From NCBI GenBank assembly GCA_029856145.1, contig JAHQWK010000003.1, positions 1 through 64,000 of the forward strand: a stretch of 64,000 bases of DNA, written 5' to 3'. The notes beneath the pieces are model-generated. The model had not been told where the DNA came from, did no database searches, and saw only the letters and a program-made list of their open reading frames with translations. Made by a program: the position numbers and the translations under genes. The stretch comes from Promethearchaeia archaeon (GTDB lineage Archaea; Asgardarchaeota; Lokiarchaeia; Sigyniarchaeales; SOKP01). Shown one piece after another: positions 9,657 to 21,000 of the stretch. Within the stretch, counting starts at the first letter, position 1. Each line of letters starts with the position of its first letter.

Positions 9657-11999
9657 TTATCTATTAATAAAAGACATGGAAAGGCTCTCATTGAGTTTAT
9701 CAAGATTTATTTTTATGTCTTTAATAAGGGGATTAACATCTTTTGCTAGGTTTGGGTCTATTTTAATCGCTTTTTCAATATTTTGAACAGCATTATTATA
9801 ATCTTTCTTATCAAAATAGGCAATTCCCATAAAGAACCAAGCTTTTGCGAGTTCGGGGTTTACTTCAGTTGCTTTATAATAACTCTCAATTGCTTTATCA
9901 AATTCTTTTCTTAGTTTATACACATTACCTAAATTATACCAACCATCCGCAAAATTAGGGTTAATCTCTACTGAATTTTTTATATTTTTAAGGGCATTAT
10001 CATAATCTTCTTTTGCTTCATACACTAATCCCATCGATTTCCAAGATTCAATATGATTTTTATCAAAATCAACAGCTCTTTGAAGATTTTCAATTGCTAC
10101 GGCATATTTTTTCTTATAGTAGTAAGTGAGACCAATATGATAATAAGCCTCAACAAATATTTCATCCAAATCTAAAGCTCTTTTACATTGTTTGATGGCA
10201 TTATCATAATTTTTATTTTCAATTTCGAATTTTGCCCGATTTATAAGCTCTTTTTTATAGGAGGTTTTTATTAAATCCTTGTTTTTGACATCTGCCGATT
10301 CCATCATTTCATTGATTTTTAAAGCTTTTTCGTAAAATTTAAAGGCATTATCATATTTCTTTAAATCAGCTAGTTGATTTCCTTGCTCAATTAATAATTT
10401 GATTTCTTCTGAATGGACCTCATCAATTAATTTCTTAATTTTCGTCATTTCTGCTACTCTTCGTTCAGGATCATCTATAGATTGAGCATAATCTAATCGT
10501 TTTCTGAGTTTTTCGATTTCTTTTTCTTTTAATTTCTGTTCTTCAGCTAATTCTCCTTTTCCAACTAATTGTTTTATTTCGGTTTCATAAATTAAACTTT
10601 TAATCTTACCAACTTCTTTTTCCATTTCACCTGTTAAATACATTTTATTTGTCATAGTTAATGCTTCATTGTAGGTTTCTATTGCTTTTTGGAATTCTTT
10701 TTGTTCAACCAATTTATTTGCTTTATTTACAACTTCCGTGACTTCAGCGAAATAAACTTTATTAACCAGATTTTTAAGATTTTCGACCTCTGGATTTTTT
10801 TCTTCTGGATATGCCATTCTTTTTGCTAAACTTAAAGCAATATATAAATCGCTTACTGCTTCATCATATTTTTTTTGAACGATATACTGAATTGAATTAT
10901 CTTTAATTACATTTATTCCTGATAGACATGTATTATTAATCAATTCACTAATTTGTTTAACTTGAATATCTTTTCTTTCTGATTGAACCATACTATTTAT
11001 TAAGTCAAAAGCTTGGTGAAATATGTCGATTGCTTCGTTAACATAACTTATAGATTCTTCAAATTTATCCTTTTGTGTTATAACTTTTCCTTTTTCAACT
11101 AATGGTTCAATTCGAGCAATATAAATAGGATTTAAGACTTCAGCAAGAAGACTTAATTCAAGATTTTTTAGATCAGAATCATACATTTTATTTGCTATTG
11201 ATAACGCTTTTGTAAACTCAGAAATGGCTTGTTCGGTTGAATTTTGTTTTAATAAATCCTTTCCCTTTTCAGCTAAGGGTTTAATTTGATTAGAATAAAT
11301 TTCATTAATCAAGTTCTTGATTGTATTGATTTGTGTTTTTTTAGCCTTTAGGTCAAAGTATTTTTCAATTGTTTTTAATGCATCTTCAAATGTTTTAATA
11401 GCATCATCATCTTGTCCATTTTTTTTAAAATTTTTACCCTTTTCTATAATTTCATCAATCTGAGAATCATAAATAAGCGCAATTTCATTTTTAATTCTTA
11501 ATAAGGCCTCAGTTCTAAAATCCGTTTCATAAATCTCCTCTGCAATACTTAGTCCTTTTTTAAACATTTCAACAGCTTCATCTAATTTATCTTTACTTTT
11601 TAACACAAGTCCATTTGTTAATAATTGTTCTATTTCATTTTCGCTAATTAATTTATTAATTTCATCAATTTCAGCAAGTTTAAGGGCAGGATCATCAATA
11701 TTTTCAACTATCTTAATTGCGTTCTGAAATTCCCCTTTAGCTTTATCAAATTTTTTTTGTGCTGTTAAATGTATCCCACCTTGGATTACATTATCAACTT
11801 GGACGGAATATGTTTGATTTATTGCATTCTTTATACTTTCTATTTCAGTATTTTTATCTCCTTCTTCTTTAACTTTTAAATTAATAAAATCTAACGCTTC
11901 CTGGAGCTTTTTAATTGCCTTTGAGAAATTATTTTTATTTTTAAAAGCATTAGCTTCTTCAATTATTAGATTTAATTTTTTCAAAATTGATGCTTTCAT
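9657..11999 (-). CDS. Large TPR-repeat protein
   Basis: Canonical C-terminal TPRs (AYYHIG, GWYNLG, AWFFMG) and divergent helical repeats N-terminally. Confidence 0.9.
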   Translation of the reverse strand: MKASILKKLNLIIEEANAFKNKNNFSKAIKKLQEALDFINLKVKEEGDKNTEIESIKNAINQTYSVQVDNVIQGGIHLTAQKKFDKAKGEFQNAIKIVENIDDPALKLAEIDEINKLISENEIEQLLTNGLVLKSKDKLDEAVEMFKKGLSIAEEIYETDFRTEALLRIKNEIALIYDSQIDEIIEKGKNFKKNGQDDDAIKTFEDALKTIEKYFDLKAKKTQINTIKNLINEIYSNQIKPLAEKGKDLLKQNSTEQAISEFTKALSIANKMYDSDLKNLELSLLAEVLNPIYIARIEPLVEKGKVITQKDKFEESISYVNEAIDIFHQAFDLINSMVQSERKDIQVKQISELINNTCLSGINVIKDNSIQYIVQKKYDEAVSDLYIALSLAKRMAYPEEKNPEVENLKNLVNKVYFAEVTEVVNKANKLVEQKEFQKAIETYNEALTMTNKMYLTGEMEKEVGKIKSLIYETEIKQLVGKGELAEEQKLKEKEIEKLRKRLDYAQSIDDPERRVAEMTKIKKLIDEVHSEEIKLLIEQGNQLADLKKYDNAFKFYEKALKINEMMESADVKNKDLIKTSYKKELINRAKFEIENKNYDNAIKQCKRALDLDEIFVEAYYHIGLTYYYKKKYAVAIENLQRAVDFDKNHIESWKSMGLVYEAKEDYDNALKNIKNSVEINPNFADGWYNLGNVYKLRKEFDKAIESYYKATEVNPELAKAWFFMGIAYFDKKDYNNAVQNIEKAIKIDPNLAKDVNPLIKDIKINLDKLNESLSMSFINR

Positions 12000-12145
12000 T
12001 TTAAAATTTCACATTTTTCCCTAATGATTAATCCTAAGAATTATTTCATATTTTTAATATTTTTCTTATAATCTTTTTATTTTTTAAAATGCTTGTAATA
12101 GATATTAAATTATAAAAAAGAAATATAATTTACAGGTTAAATTAA

Positions 12146-13723
12146 ATGAGTATTTTTTATGGTGGACCGATTATTACTATGAACGAAGAACAACCAACTG
12201 TAGAAGCAGTGGGAATTAAATCTGAGAAAATTGTTGAAATTGGTCCATTAACACAAGTTAAGCATGTTATGGGCAGTGATGTGAAACTAATAGATTTAGA
12301 AGGGAAATCTCTCCTACCTGGTTTTATTGATTGTCATATGCATCCTATATCATTTATTATTTTATTATTGAATATTGACCTCTCTACAGTTAAAAATCTA
12401 AAAGAACTTCAAGGAATATTAAAGGAAGCCGCAGATCATAAACCTACAGGTGAGATGGTTTTTGGATTAAGATTGAAAGAAGAGGAATTTGATATTCCAA
12501 GGTTGCCTACTCGATGGGATTTAGATGAAGTTTGTCCCAATCATCCTGTTTTTATAATTAGATATGATGGGCATATAGGGATTGCTAATACGAAAACCTT
12601 AGAATTAATTGATGTGGATTCAAACACAATTGCTCCTGAAGGCGGAGAAATTAGGAAGAATCAAGAGGGTGAAATAACAGGTATTATATCAGAAAATGCT
12701 TTAGAAATGTTCATTTCTAAACTCCTCAAATACTTACTTCCTAAACTGGGCATATTACAGGAATATTCTGAAAAAGCTTTTAAAGAATTTGCAGCAAATG
12801 GGATAACCTCTATTCATGGGAATTTAGAGGTTGAATCTGGAAGAATTGAAATATACAAATCAATTCAGGATAAAATATATCAAAATTGGTATGCTCTTCT
12901 ATCAACTGATAAACCAAAAAAATTATCGAAATTTAAAAAACCTCCTTTAGATGGTGGGAAGGAAGATAGTAAATTTAAAGTAGGTACTTTGAAACTTTTT
13001 CTTGATGGGACTTTCGGGGCAAAGACAGCATGTATGTGGGAACCATTTTCAGATGCACCGGATTCATACGGATTTTGTGTAGTCGATGAAAATGAGATTT
13101 ACGAGAAAATGAAAGTTGCGCATAACAATGGGTTCCAAATAGCAATTCATGTTATTGGAGATAAAGGTAATAGAATTTGTGTAGATTTATATAAAAAACT
13201 TTTAACTGAATTTCCAAGAGAAAACCATCGGCATCGAATTGAACATGCCTCAATGCTGACTGATGATGTTCTAAATGATATGAAAGATTATAGAATTATT
13301 GCATCATGCCAACCTCCTTTTATTAATTCGGAATATATGTGGTTAGAAAAAAGAATAGGAAAGGAAAGATGCAAATATACCTATCCTATGAAATCTATTA
13401 TTGATGCTGGCATTGTTTTAGTCTCTGGTTCAGATTGTCCAGTTGAAGACCCTAATGTGATTATGGGTTTACACGCTTTAGTTAATCGCAATGGGTTTGT
13501 TCCAGAACAATGTATATCAATGATGGAAGCACTTAAAAGCTATACTATAAATGCTGCTTATGCGGCTTTTGAAGAAAAAATTAAAGGAAGTTTAGAAGTT
13601 GGAAAATTAGCAGATTTAGTAATATTAGACAGAAATCCTCTTGAAGTTCCAACAGATAAAATTAGAGAAATTCAAGTGATAGAGACAATAATAAGAGGAG
13701 AAACTATATTCAAAAAACCTTAG
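12146..13723 (+). CDS. YtcJ-like amidohydrolase (amidohydrolase_3)
   Basis: PGFIDCHMH, KLFLDG, HVIGD, RIEHA, GSDCPV, GSLEVGKLAD. Confidence 0.92.
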   Translation: MSIFYGGPIITMNEEQPTVEAVGIKSEKIVEIGPLTQVKHVMGSDVKLIDLEGKSLLPGFIDCHMHPISFIILLLNIDLSTVKNLKELQGILKEAADHKPTGEMVFGLRLKEEEFDIPRLPTRWDLDEVCPNHPVFIIRYDGHIGIANTKTLELIDVDSNTIAPEGGEIRKNQEGEITGIISENALEMFISKLLKYLLPKLGILQEYSEKAFKEFAANGITSIHGNLEVESGRIEIYKSIQDKIYQNWYALLSTDKPKKLSKFKKPPLDGGKEDSKFKVGTLKLFLDGTFGAKTACMWEPFSDAPDSYGFCVVDENEIYEKMKVAHNNGFQIAIHVIGDKGNRICVDLYKKLLTEFPRENHRHRIEHASMLTDDVLNDMKDYRIIASCQPPFINSEYMWLEKRIGKERCKYTYPMKSIIDAGIVLVSGSDCPVEDPNVIMGLHALVNRNGFVPEQCISMMEALKSYTINAAYAAFEEKIKGSLEVGKLADLVILDRNPLEVPTDKIREIQVIETIIRGETIFKKP

Positions 13724-13774
13724 TTAATACTCATTTTTAATAAAAAAATGAAAAAGTAAAAAATTAATTAAATA

Positions 13775-14983
13775 TCAAGCATTTGCTACACGTCTATCCA
13801 CGATATAATAAAACATATAGAGCACGGCAGCTAAGACACCAATAATAATACTTGAAATTATTATTATCCCTACCCAGGAATAATCGGGTGGTGGTCTATA
13901 AGATCTATGTATCAAATAGACTATATTCTCACTTCCCACGGCAATATATTGACCATTCGAAGAAATTTTTAGAGTGTTAATATAATCCCCTACAGAATAA
14001 CTCCAAATAGGTATTTTTATTGTATTGTTAAAAAGTTTTACTTTGCCATTGTAACTCCCCACAGCAAGATACTGACCATCGGATGAGATGGATACCTCTC
14101 TTACATCTCCACCAATAGAATAGTTGTATAAAGGATTAGGACTAGATCTGTTGAAAAGATATACAATGTTATCCGACCAATGTGCAGCAGCAATATATTG
14201 TCCATCAGATGAAATTGATACTTCTCTTGCTCTACCACCAATAGAATAGGTCCATAAAGGATTAGGAGTGGTTCGGTTGAAAAAATAAACTTTGCGGTCC
14301 CAACTCCCTGCTACAAAGAATTGCCCATCAGATGAGATGGCTACTGTAAGAATATCATCTCCCGCTTTGTAGCTCCATAAAGGGGTAGAGTTTGTTGTTT
14401 CGAAAAAATGGATATTTTCATTGTCTCCTACAACAATATATTGCCCATTCGATGAGATTGTCACAATTGGCCAAGTATCTACTGTTGTGTAGTTCCATAG
14501 AGGCACGTTGCTTGTATTATTCAAAAGATACACATAATTATCCCAGTGTCCCCCTGCAATAATGTACTGTCCATCATCTGAAATAACTGGCGATTGCGCG
14601 TCATAATAATACCATAATGGTGTTGAGTTGCTTTTGTGGAAGAGGTATACTCTTCCATTATAACTTCCCACAGTAATATACTGTCCATTAGACGACATCG
14701 AAACTGTACGTGCTTCCTCCAGTGTATCATATTTCCATAGTGGAGTGCTGCCTGTGTTATTGAAGAGATAGATATAATGATCATCGCTTCCTACAGCAAT
14801 GTATTTTCCATCATATGAAATATCAACAGAATTTATTGAATCTCCTACTTCATACTCCATCACTGTATTAGTATTATTAGCTAAACCATTAAAAATGTAT
14901 AGGTTGGCTCCATTGATAAATAAAATTTCAAAAATAAAAATCCAAATAAGAATATGTTTAAAGAACTTTTTTTTTCGCCTCAT
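13775..14983 (-). CDS. Membrane-anchored WD40/PQQ-like beta-propeller protein
   Basis: About 8 repeats of V-x-ISSDGQY-IAVGS...VYLF...PLW; N-terminal signal/TM and C-terminal TM. Confidence 0.88.
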   Translation of the reverse strand: MRRKKKFFKHILIWIFIFEILFINGANLYIFNGLANNTNTVMEYEVGDSINSVDISYDGKYIAVGSDDHYIYLFNNTGSTPLWKYDTLEEARTVSMSSNGQYITVGSYNGRVYLFHKSNSTPLWYYYDAQSPVISDDGQYIIAGGHWDNYVYLLNNTSNVPLWNYTTVDTWPIVTISSNGQYIVVGDNENIHFFETTNSTPLWSYKAGDDILTVAISSDGQFFVAGSWDRKVYFFNRTTPNPLWTYSIGGRAREVSISSDGQYIAAAHWSDNIVYLFNRSSPNPLYNYSIGGDVREVSISSDGQYLAVGSYNGKVKLFNNTIKIPIWSYSVGDYINTLKISSNGQYIAVGSENIVYLIHRSYRPPPDYSWVGIIIISSIIIGVLAAVLYMFYYIVDRRVANA

Positions 14984-15074
14984 TATTCTCTCTTTTTAGA
15001 ATTTAGAGTATTATTAGTATATAAGAAAAAGCATATATAAATCTTTGAGGTTCAACTTCTCATAGGTATTTTTT

Positions 15075-15164
15075 GTTGAAGATCCAAGTGTTAAAATTAG
15101 AGAAATCTAAATTCTTGACACCATAATTAGATGAAAAACAGAATTTAAAAAAAATTCTACTTAG
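15075..15164 (+). pseudogene. Degenerate copy of the amidohydrolase 3' end
   Basis: Reads VEDPSVKIREI*ILDTIIR*KTEFKK versus parent [26 protein letters not shown]. Confidence 0.7.
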
Positions 15165-15263
15165 GATTTTTAACTCATTTACCAATGTTTAAATTTTATT
15201 TCATTATTTAATAGAATATATAATAATATGAAATCTAATTTAATAACTTGAATTAAGATAGAT

Positions 15264-15788
15264 ATGAATACTTCTGAAATTGAAATAACAGAACAAAAAC
15301 GACTCCGTGTTTATTCAATGATTATATTAACAATCTTCTTCGTTATATTCTTTGTTACATTAGCTTCTATTATTCCTGAGTATGCTGCTTTGTTTATTGG
15401 ATTGGGTCTTCTTGTAATCTGTCCTCTTAGCGCTTTATCCTTTAATGAATATTCTAACAATTTACGGAAAAAATTTAGTATTTCTGTCGAGGAAATCAAG
15501 CTCCAAAAAACCCACAAGTTAATTAAAATAAGATGGGATGATTTTGATATCCTACGAGTTAAGATATTGGGTGAGTTTTCTTCAGATTTCCCATCTATTA
15601 GTGCTGTTTATAGGGATTATACAAAATTTCGAGTCCGTTGTATCGATCAAAAAAGCAATAAGATTATTCAATCATTTAAATTTCGGTTTTATAATCAAAT
15701 GAAAGGAAAGCAGGTTTTAAATCTATTAACTGAGTTTGCTCAAATAAAGAATAAAGAATTAATATTAAAAAAGAAACATATGGACTAA
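15264..15788 (+). CDS. Two-TM membrane protein with a soluble, possibly PH-like, C-terminal domain
   Basis: Two N-terminal TM helices followed by a beta-rich basic domain (IKIRWDDF). Confidence 0.65.
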   Translation: MNTSEIEITEQKRLRVYSMIILTIFFVIFFVTLASIIPEYAALFIGLGLLVICPLSALSFNEYSNNLRKKFSISVEEIKLQKTHKLIKIRWDDFDILRVKILGEFSSDFPSISAVYRDYTKFRVRCIDQKSNKIIQSFKFRFYNQMKGKQVLNLLTEFAQIKNKELILKKKHMD

Positions 15789-15901
15789 TTAAGGGTAAAC
15801 ACCTCTTAGTTAATTGGAGATAGATTTTAGCAACATAAATATAACGCATTTTCCCGAATATTTAGCTAAAGAACTGAAGAAGACCAAAGAGTGGTATTTT
15901 T

Positions 15902-16075
15902 ATGGTGGGAAAAGTTAAAGGAAGTATAGAAGTTGGAAAATTAGCAGATTTTGTAATATTAGGCACAAATCTTCTTGAAGTTCCAATGGATAAAATTAGA
16001 GAAATTCAAGTTCTAGAGACAATAGTAAGGGGAAAGACGGTCTATAAACAATATTCTGATTGCTTACCTATTTAA
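15902..16075 (+). pseudogene. Second, better-preserved copy of the amidohydrolase 3' end
   Basis: [49 protein letters not shown] matches parent [46 protein letters not shown]. Confidence 0.85.
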
Positions 16076-16115
16076 AACACCAAAAAGAAAGATTTGGGGA
16101 TTTAAAGGCTTTATA

Positions 16116-17279
16116 TCAATCTGTGAAATATAAGTGCTCATCAAAGCCCGTTTCAGCAATCAAATCCGTTGCTAGCTTCTGCATCGCTTTTTTAGAAGGA
16201 TTCTGTAAGATACGCCTTATTATATTAATAACCTTTGCTAACTTAGAATCTGGAAACTCTCTTATAATTTGATCATATCGCCCAAAATTAATTCCTGCGG
16301 TATATACGCCTGTACTTCCACGACTAGCAGCACTACTAGTCTGCCAATGTTCAACCTTGACTTCAATATTAGACAACAGATGAGAGCAAAAGAACCATTC
16401 TAAATAAAGAGTCATTCTTTTTGATTTCCTTTTTGTATCCTTCAGCATTTTAAAAGCACGGTTTAATCGATCAGGATGGATCTGGCTAAAGACTCTTTTA
16501 TGACTTTCATTCATGCTATCTCTAGCATGATCTTTTATAAGTTGCATGAGCTCTTCAACTTTTTTAGCCCTTTCTCCAGTTATTTCATGTTCAATTGATC
16601 GAACATGCTGATCAATAGCATTTTGGGTTTGTGGACTACTATCAATAGACGCGGATTGATTTCCTTGAGTTGATTGGGCTCTTGAAGGAGGATTAGCTCT
16701 AGGTCGAATCTCAGCAGGCACACTATAAATCTCTTTAGGCTGCAATGTGAATAAGGCGTCTAATTTTGAAGGGACTTCCCTTACTTCCTTAAATTTATCC
16801 TGTATTTCTTGATTAGAATATCCAATAGATTGTAAGTAGAATGCTGCGCTGGATAATTGGTTCTCTAATGCAGATGGGCCATTTTGAGTACCCCCAAACT
16901 CTTTTTCTATTTGTTCATCTGCTATCTTGCTAATTTTTGCTTCTTTAATCTGATTTAAGTTCAATGAACCTAATTTAGTAAGAATATACTGAATCTGGTT
17001 AGGAGTTAGATAATTTAAATTACCAGTAGGGCCGATCATGAAAGAAATTTTTTCCATCTTCTTAAGTATATCTGCAAGATCTTCTTGAGTTTTCCCTTTT
17101 GAGATTATTAGGAAATGTTCTAAGAAATTTTTATCAAACCCTGCAATAATTCCTAGGTATTTTTCATCATATTTATTAAGATTCCTTTGCAATTGATTTC
17201 CTTGAAGATCTGAAGGTAAATTAATCTGATATACCATGACATTGTCCATAATCATATAAATATAGTCTGATTTTTGCAT
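16116..17279 (-). CDS. Hypothetical protein
   Basis: 387-aa ORF with a low-complexity linker; no recognisable motif. Confidence 0.75.
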   Translation of the reverse strand: MQKSDYIYMIMDNVMVYQINLPSDLQGNQLQRNLNKYDEKYLGIIAGFDKNFLEHFLIISKGKTQEDLADILKKMEKISFMIGPTGNLNYLTPNQIQYILTKLGSLNLNQIKEAKISKIADEQIEKEFGGTQNGPSALENQLSSAAFYLQSIGYSNQEIQDKFKEVREVPSKLDALFTLQPKEIYSVPAEIRPRANPPSRAQSTQGNQSASIDSSPQTQNAIDQHVRSIEHEITGERAKKVEELMQLIKDHARDSMNESHKRVFSQIHPDRLNRAFKMLKDTKRKSKRMTLYLEWFFCSHLLSNIEVKVEHWQTSSAASRGSTGVYTAGINFGRYDQIIREFPDSKLAKVINIIRRILQNPSKKAMQKLATDLIAETGFDEHLYFTD

Positions 17280-17369
17280 AGGTGTCTATAAATATGGGTA
17301 CTTTAACCATCAAAAAATTATATTCTTAATAATAAAATATATTCCAATCTTAAATACTTTCCATTAAAG

Positions 17370-17861
17370 TTATTTTCGATATTTATTAGCTATTTTTCGT
17401 GCTAGTTCCATTTGTTCTTTTGTTTCTAGGCAACAAGGCCGAAGTTTTCGAATCCATTTTACCGGATCCAATCCATCTGGAATATAACCATTTAAAGCTG
17501 CCCATGCTACAACCATTATGCCTGTTCTTCCACACCCCGCTACACAATGTACTACAATTGGATTTCTATTTGTATCAAATCTACCTGTAATTTCTAAAAA
17601 ATTCTTTAATTGAGAGTCTGTAGGAGTTCCAAAATCAGGTATATTTATGTGAAAGTATTGAAAATCTTTTGGAACACCTTTTCTATAATCAAATTCAGAA
17701 CAATTTATAATAACCTTAATTCCTTCTTTTTTATATATTTCAATAACTGAGTTATCTGGCCACCAAGAAGCCGCTAGTTTCTCCTTTATAATCCAAGTAA
17801 ATGGTTCTGTTCGTTCTGGCATTCCATTTTTAGGCCAATATCCCGGCCAAATTGGATTCAA
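17370..17861 (-). CDS. Dual-specificity protein phosphatase (DUSP23/CDC14-like)
   Basis: HCVAGCGRTG P-loop (CX5R); IPDFGTP acid loop. Confidence 0.92.
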   Translation of the reverse strand: MNPIWPGYWPKNGMPERTEPFTWIIKEKLAASWWPDNSVIEIYKKEGIKVIINCSEFDYRKGVPKDFQYFHINIPDFGTPTDSQLKNFLEITGRFDTNRNPIVVHCVAGCGRTGIMVVAWAALNGYIPDGLDPVKWIRKLRPCCLETKEQMELARKIANKYRK

Positions 17862-18049
17862 CTTTAATCTAACCTTAGTATTTAAATTTAGCTTATTTTT
17901 AGAAAAATTTTGTTACTATATTAAATTAGTTATAGGATTTGAAATTTAGTTTTACAGATTTTCCACTACTATTCAAAATAAAATAGTCTATTTTTCACAT
18001 TTCAAATATCTTTAGAATAAAGAACTAAATATAAAAAAAAAATATGTTA

Positions 18050-21000
18050 TTAATTTTTGGTTTTTCTAATTTTACTCTTTGTTAAGAAAACTATTGTTAC
18101 ACCTAGTAGGGCAATGATGAATAACAAATTATATCCTGAAATACCATTATCTGTAGTAGTTGGGTTAAATTCAATATTAGTATTAAAAATTTCAAACGTG
18201 TAATTATATAATCCACCGAAATAGAGAAATATCCCATTTAAAAGAATACCTGTGCTTTTTTCATACCAGGCAATTCCTCCAGGAATAGTTAAATCCTCCA
18301 CAACCCATACGTCTACAAGCCCAAAACCAGTAAGATTATAGGATAGCTCATCTGATACTATGAAATCATGGTCACCTTCTGCATCAACTGCTATAGAGAT
18401 TACATCATTGATTGAAATTGCCGTAAATATCCAAATGGGGGTATGTGTACCAATTCCAAAAGAAAGCCCTCCAAAAGCATTAGACATAATCCTCGTTCGA
18501 GTATCTACATCCCAGTAACCTGTTTGAGGTCCAAATTCATGATGTAATATATAATCAATATGGAAAGTTGCCCCTGAAATATATGAATATAAAAATTCCA
18601 TAGGAGATGTTTGACCAAATAGTGTAAATGAGTAATTAATGAACAAGCCATCAAAAAGATGTAATTCTTGAACCTGGATTAATTCAGATTTCAAATTATC
18701 AATTGTATAAGTTTCTCCTACTATAGGTGGAGCATATGCTGTAAAGTTATATGCACCATAGTCAGTGGGCGTCCATAAATAATCAATGGTTTCATTTGCC
18801 CCAGATTGTAAATAGGAAATATGGATTGAATCTACTATAACATCATCAAGATAAAGGAAGAAATCTATGTTTGTTTCATCATTAGCACCAGTATTAATTA
18901 CAGTAGCAGTAATTGCATAGGTATTATCAATTTCACCATAATTTGGAGTATCTAAAGTGACCCGTAAATCGTGATCATTTATTATCTTAATGAATGGTGC
19001 ATTCGAGCTAGTAAGATCAAAGGAATAGCTATATAATCCACCAGCATAAGGAAAATATCCACTTAATAAAATACCAGTGCTTTTTTCATAGTAGGCAATA
19101 CCACCAGGGAAAGTTAAATCTTCTAATATCCATGCCTCTACAGCACCAAATTCAGGAATTTCATAGATAAATTCTCCTGATACTAAAAAAAGATGATCAA
19201 ATTCACCATCTACAGCAATTGGTACTGTATCCCCCAGATTTACCTCGGTAAATATCCAAATGGGTGTATGCGCACCATCTCCGAAATAAAGATTTCCACC
19301 ACTGTTTTCCATAATACGTGTTTGGGTATTTACATCCCAATAACTCATTATTGGTATTCCCGAGATGACACCATCCCAAATAACATGAAACATAGATTCC
19401 AAAATATGAGTATATGAGACATGAGTAGGTCCAGTATATATAGCTCCCGAAGTAAGCGTGTAAGTGTAATCTATGAACATACCATCAAATAGAATTATCT
19501 CATGAAGTGGTACAATTTCAGTCACTAAGTTATCAAAGGTTAATATTTCACCAGGTACAGAGGGCGCATATGCTGTAAAATTGTATTCTCCATAAGTTAT
19601 AGGCGTCCATAAATAGTTAATTGTTTGGCTTGAACCAGATGGTAAATTCGCTATATTAATCGAATTTACTATTATCTCATTTAAGTAAAGGAAGAGATCT
19701 ACGTTTGATTCATCACTCGTTCCAATATTACTAATCGTTGCATTAACAGTATATGAGTTGGAAATCTCAGGAAAATCAGGAAGTTCTAAAGAAACTCGCA
19801 AATTATGGGGTATTTCTATTCCTGTACCCATAATTGCTATATCATCTACTAACCATCCTCTATAATTATTCATTATACTATCAATAGTATCAAAAGTAAA
19901 CATAATTTGTACTGAGGGATTACCAATGTAAGCAGATATATCCAAAGATACTTCTGCCCATGGTAGGACAGAAGCCTCATCTGATTGGTAAATAAGATCC
20001 CAAGTCATACCATTAATAGAGATATACACAGAGGAAATATCATAACCAAAACCTTCTGCTTGTCGCCAGTGATAAAATTCTAAGAATGCCGCCTCAGCAT
20101 CAGTTAAATTAAAAGGGACAGACACCATCTCACCGTATTCTTGAAATCCTGTAGCATAATCTCCAGTAGATTCATTTCCAAACCACATGGAATGCGTAGG
20201 AGAATGATAAGGATCTGGCCATGCGCTACTATCATCTGTTAAATGCCATAGGCCTGTGATAGATACCCACTGAGATAAGCCGCTTTCAAAGTCATCATAA
20301 AAAATAGGGCCGAGTATATATAATATTTCAGTGTCATAATTGTTTGATAGATATGTTTCACCAGGAACAGGGGTAACGTACGCTGTGAAATTATAAATAT
20401 CATATTCTGTGGGGGTCCATAAATAATTGATTGTAGTATTTGCTCCAATCGGGAGGTTTGGAATTATAATCGAATGAACTGGAACATCGTTAAGTAACAA
20501 ATCAAAATCTACGCTAGTTTCTGGATTAGCTCCATTATTAATAACGAGTGTTTTAATTTGGTATGAATTATGTATTAATGGATTAGTTGGAACCGTTAAT
20601 ACCGTTTTTAATTCATGGGCAAAAGACATAAATGTAGCAATTACATATCCCGGTGTATCTTTAGGAGTATCTGGAGATTCTTGAGAGATCTGCTGGAGGA
20701 TTCCACCAGTATATCTTTCTAGTTTAAACGAAGAAATTGTTCCCGTTGTATCAGATGGACCAACTTCTAAATAAAACAATACATCATTATTCGCAATGTA
20801 ATAAGAATAAAAATCCGAAATATCAAATGCCATAAATTCAGGAAATAAGTTGTTTACATCATTATCATAATGGGGATTTAATATATCTAAAGGACTACTA
20901 TGAGGACCTACTCCTAATGTGATGATATCGCTCATTCTAGTTGGTGCAGAACTAAATTCCCAAGTAGCTATTAAATCAGGATTATAATCAATTCGATCAG

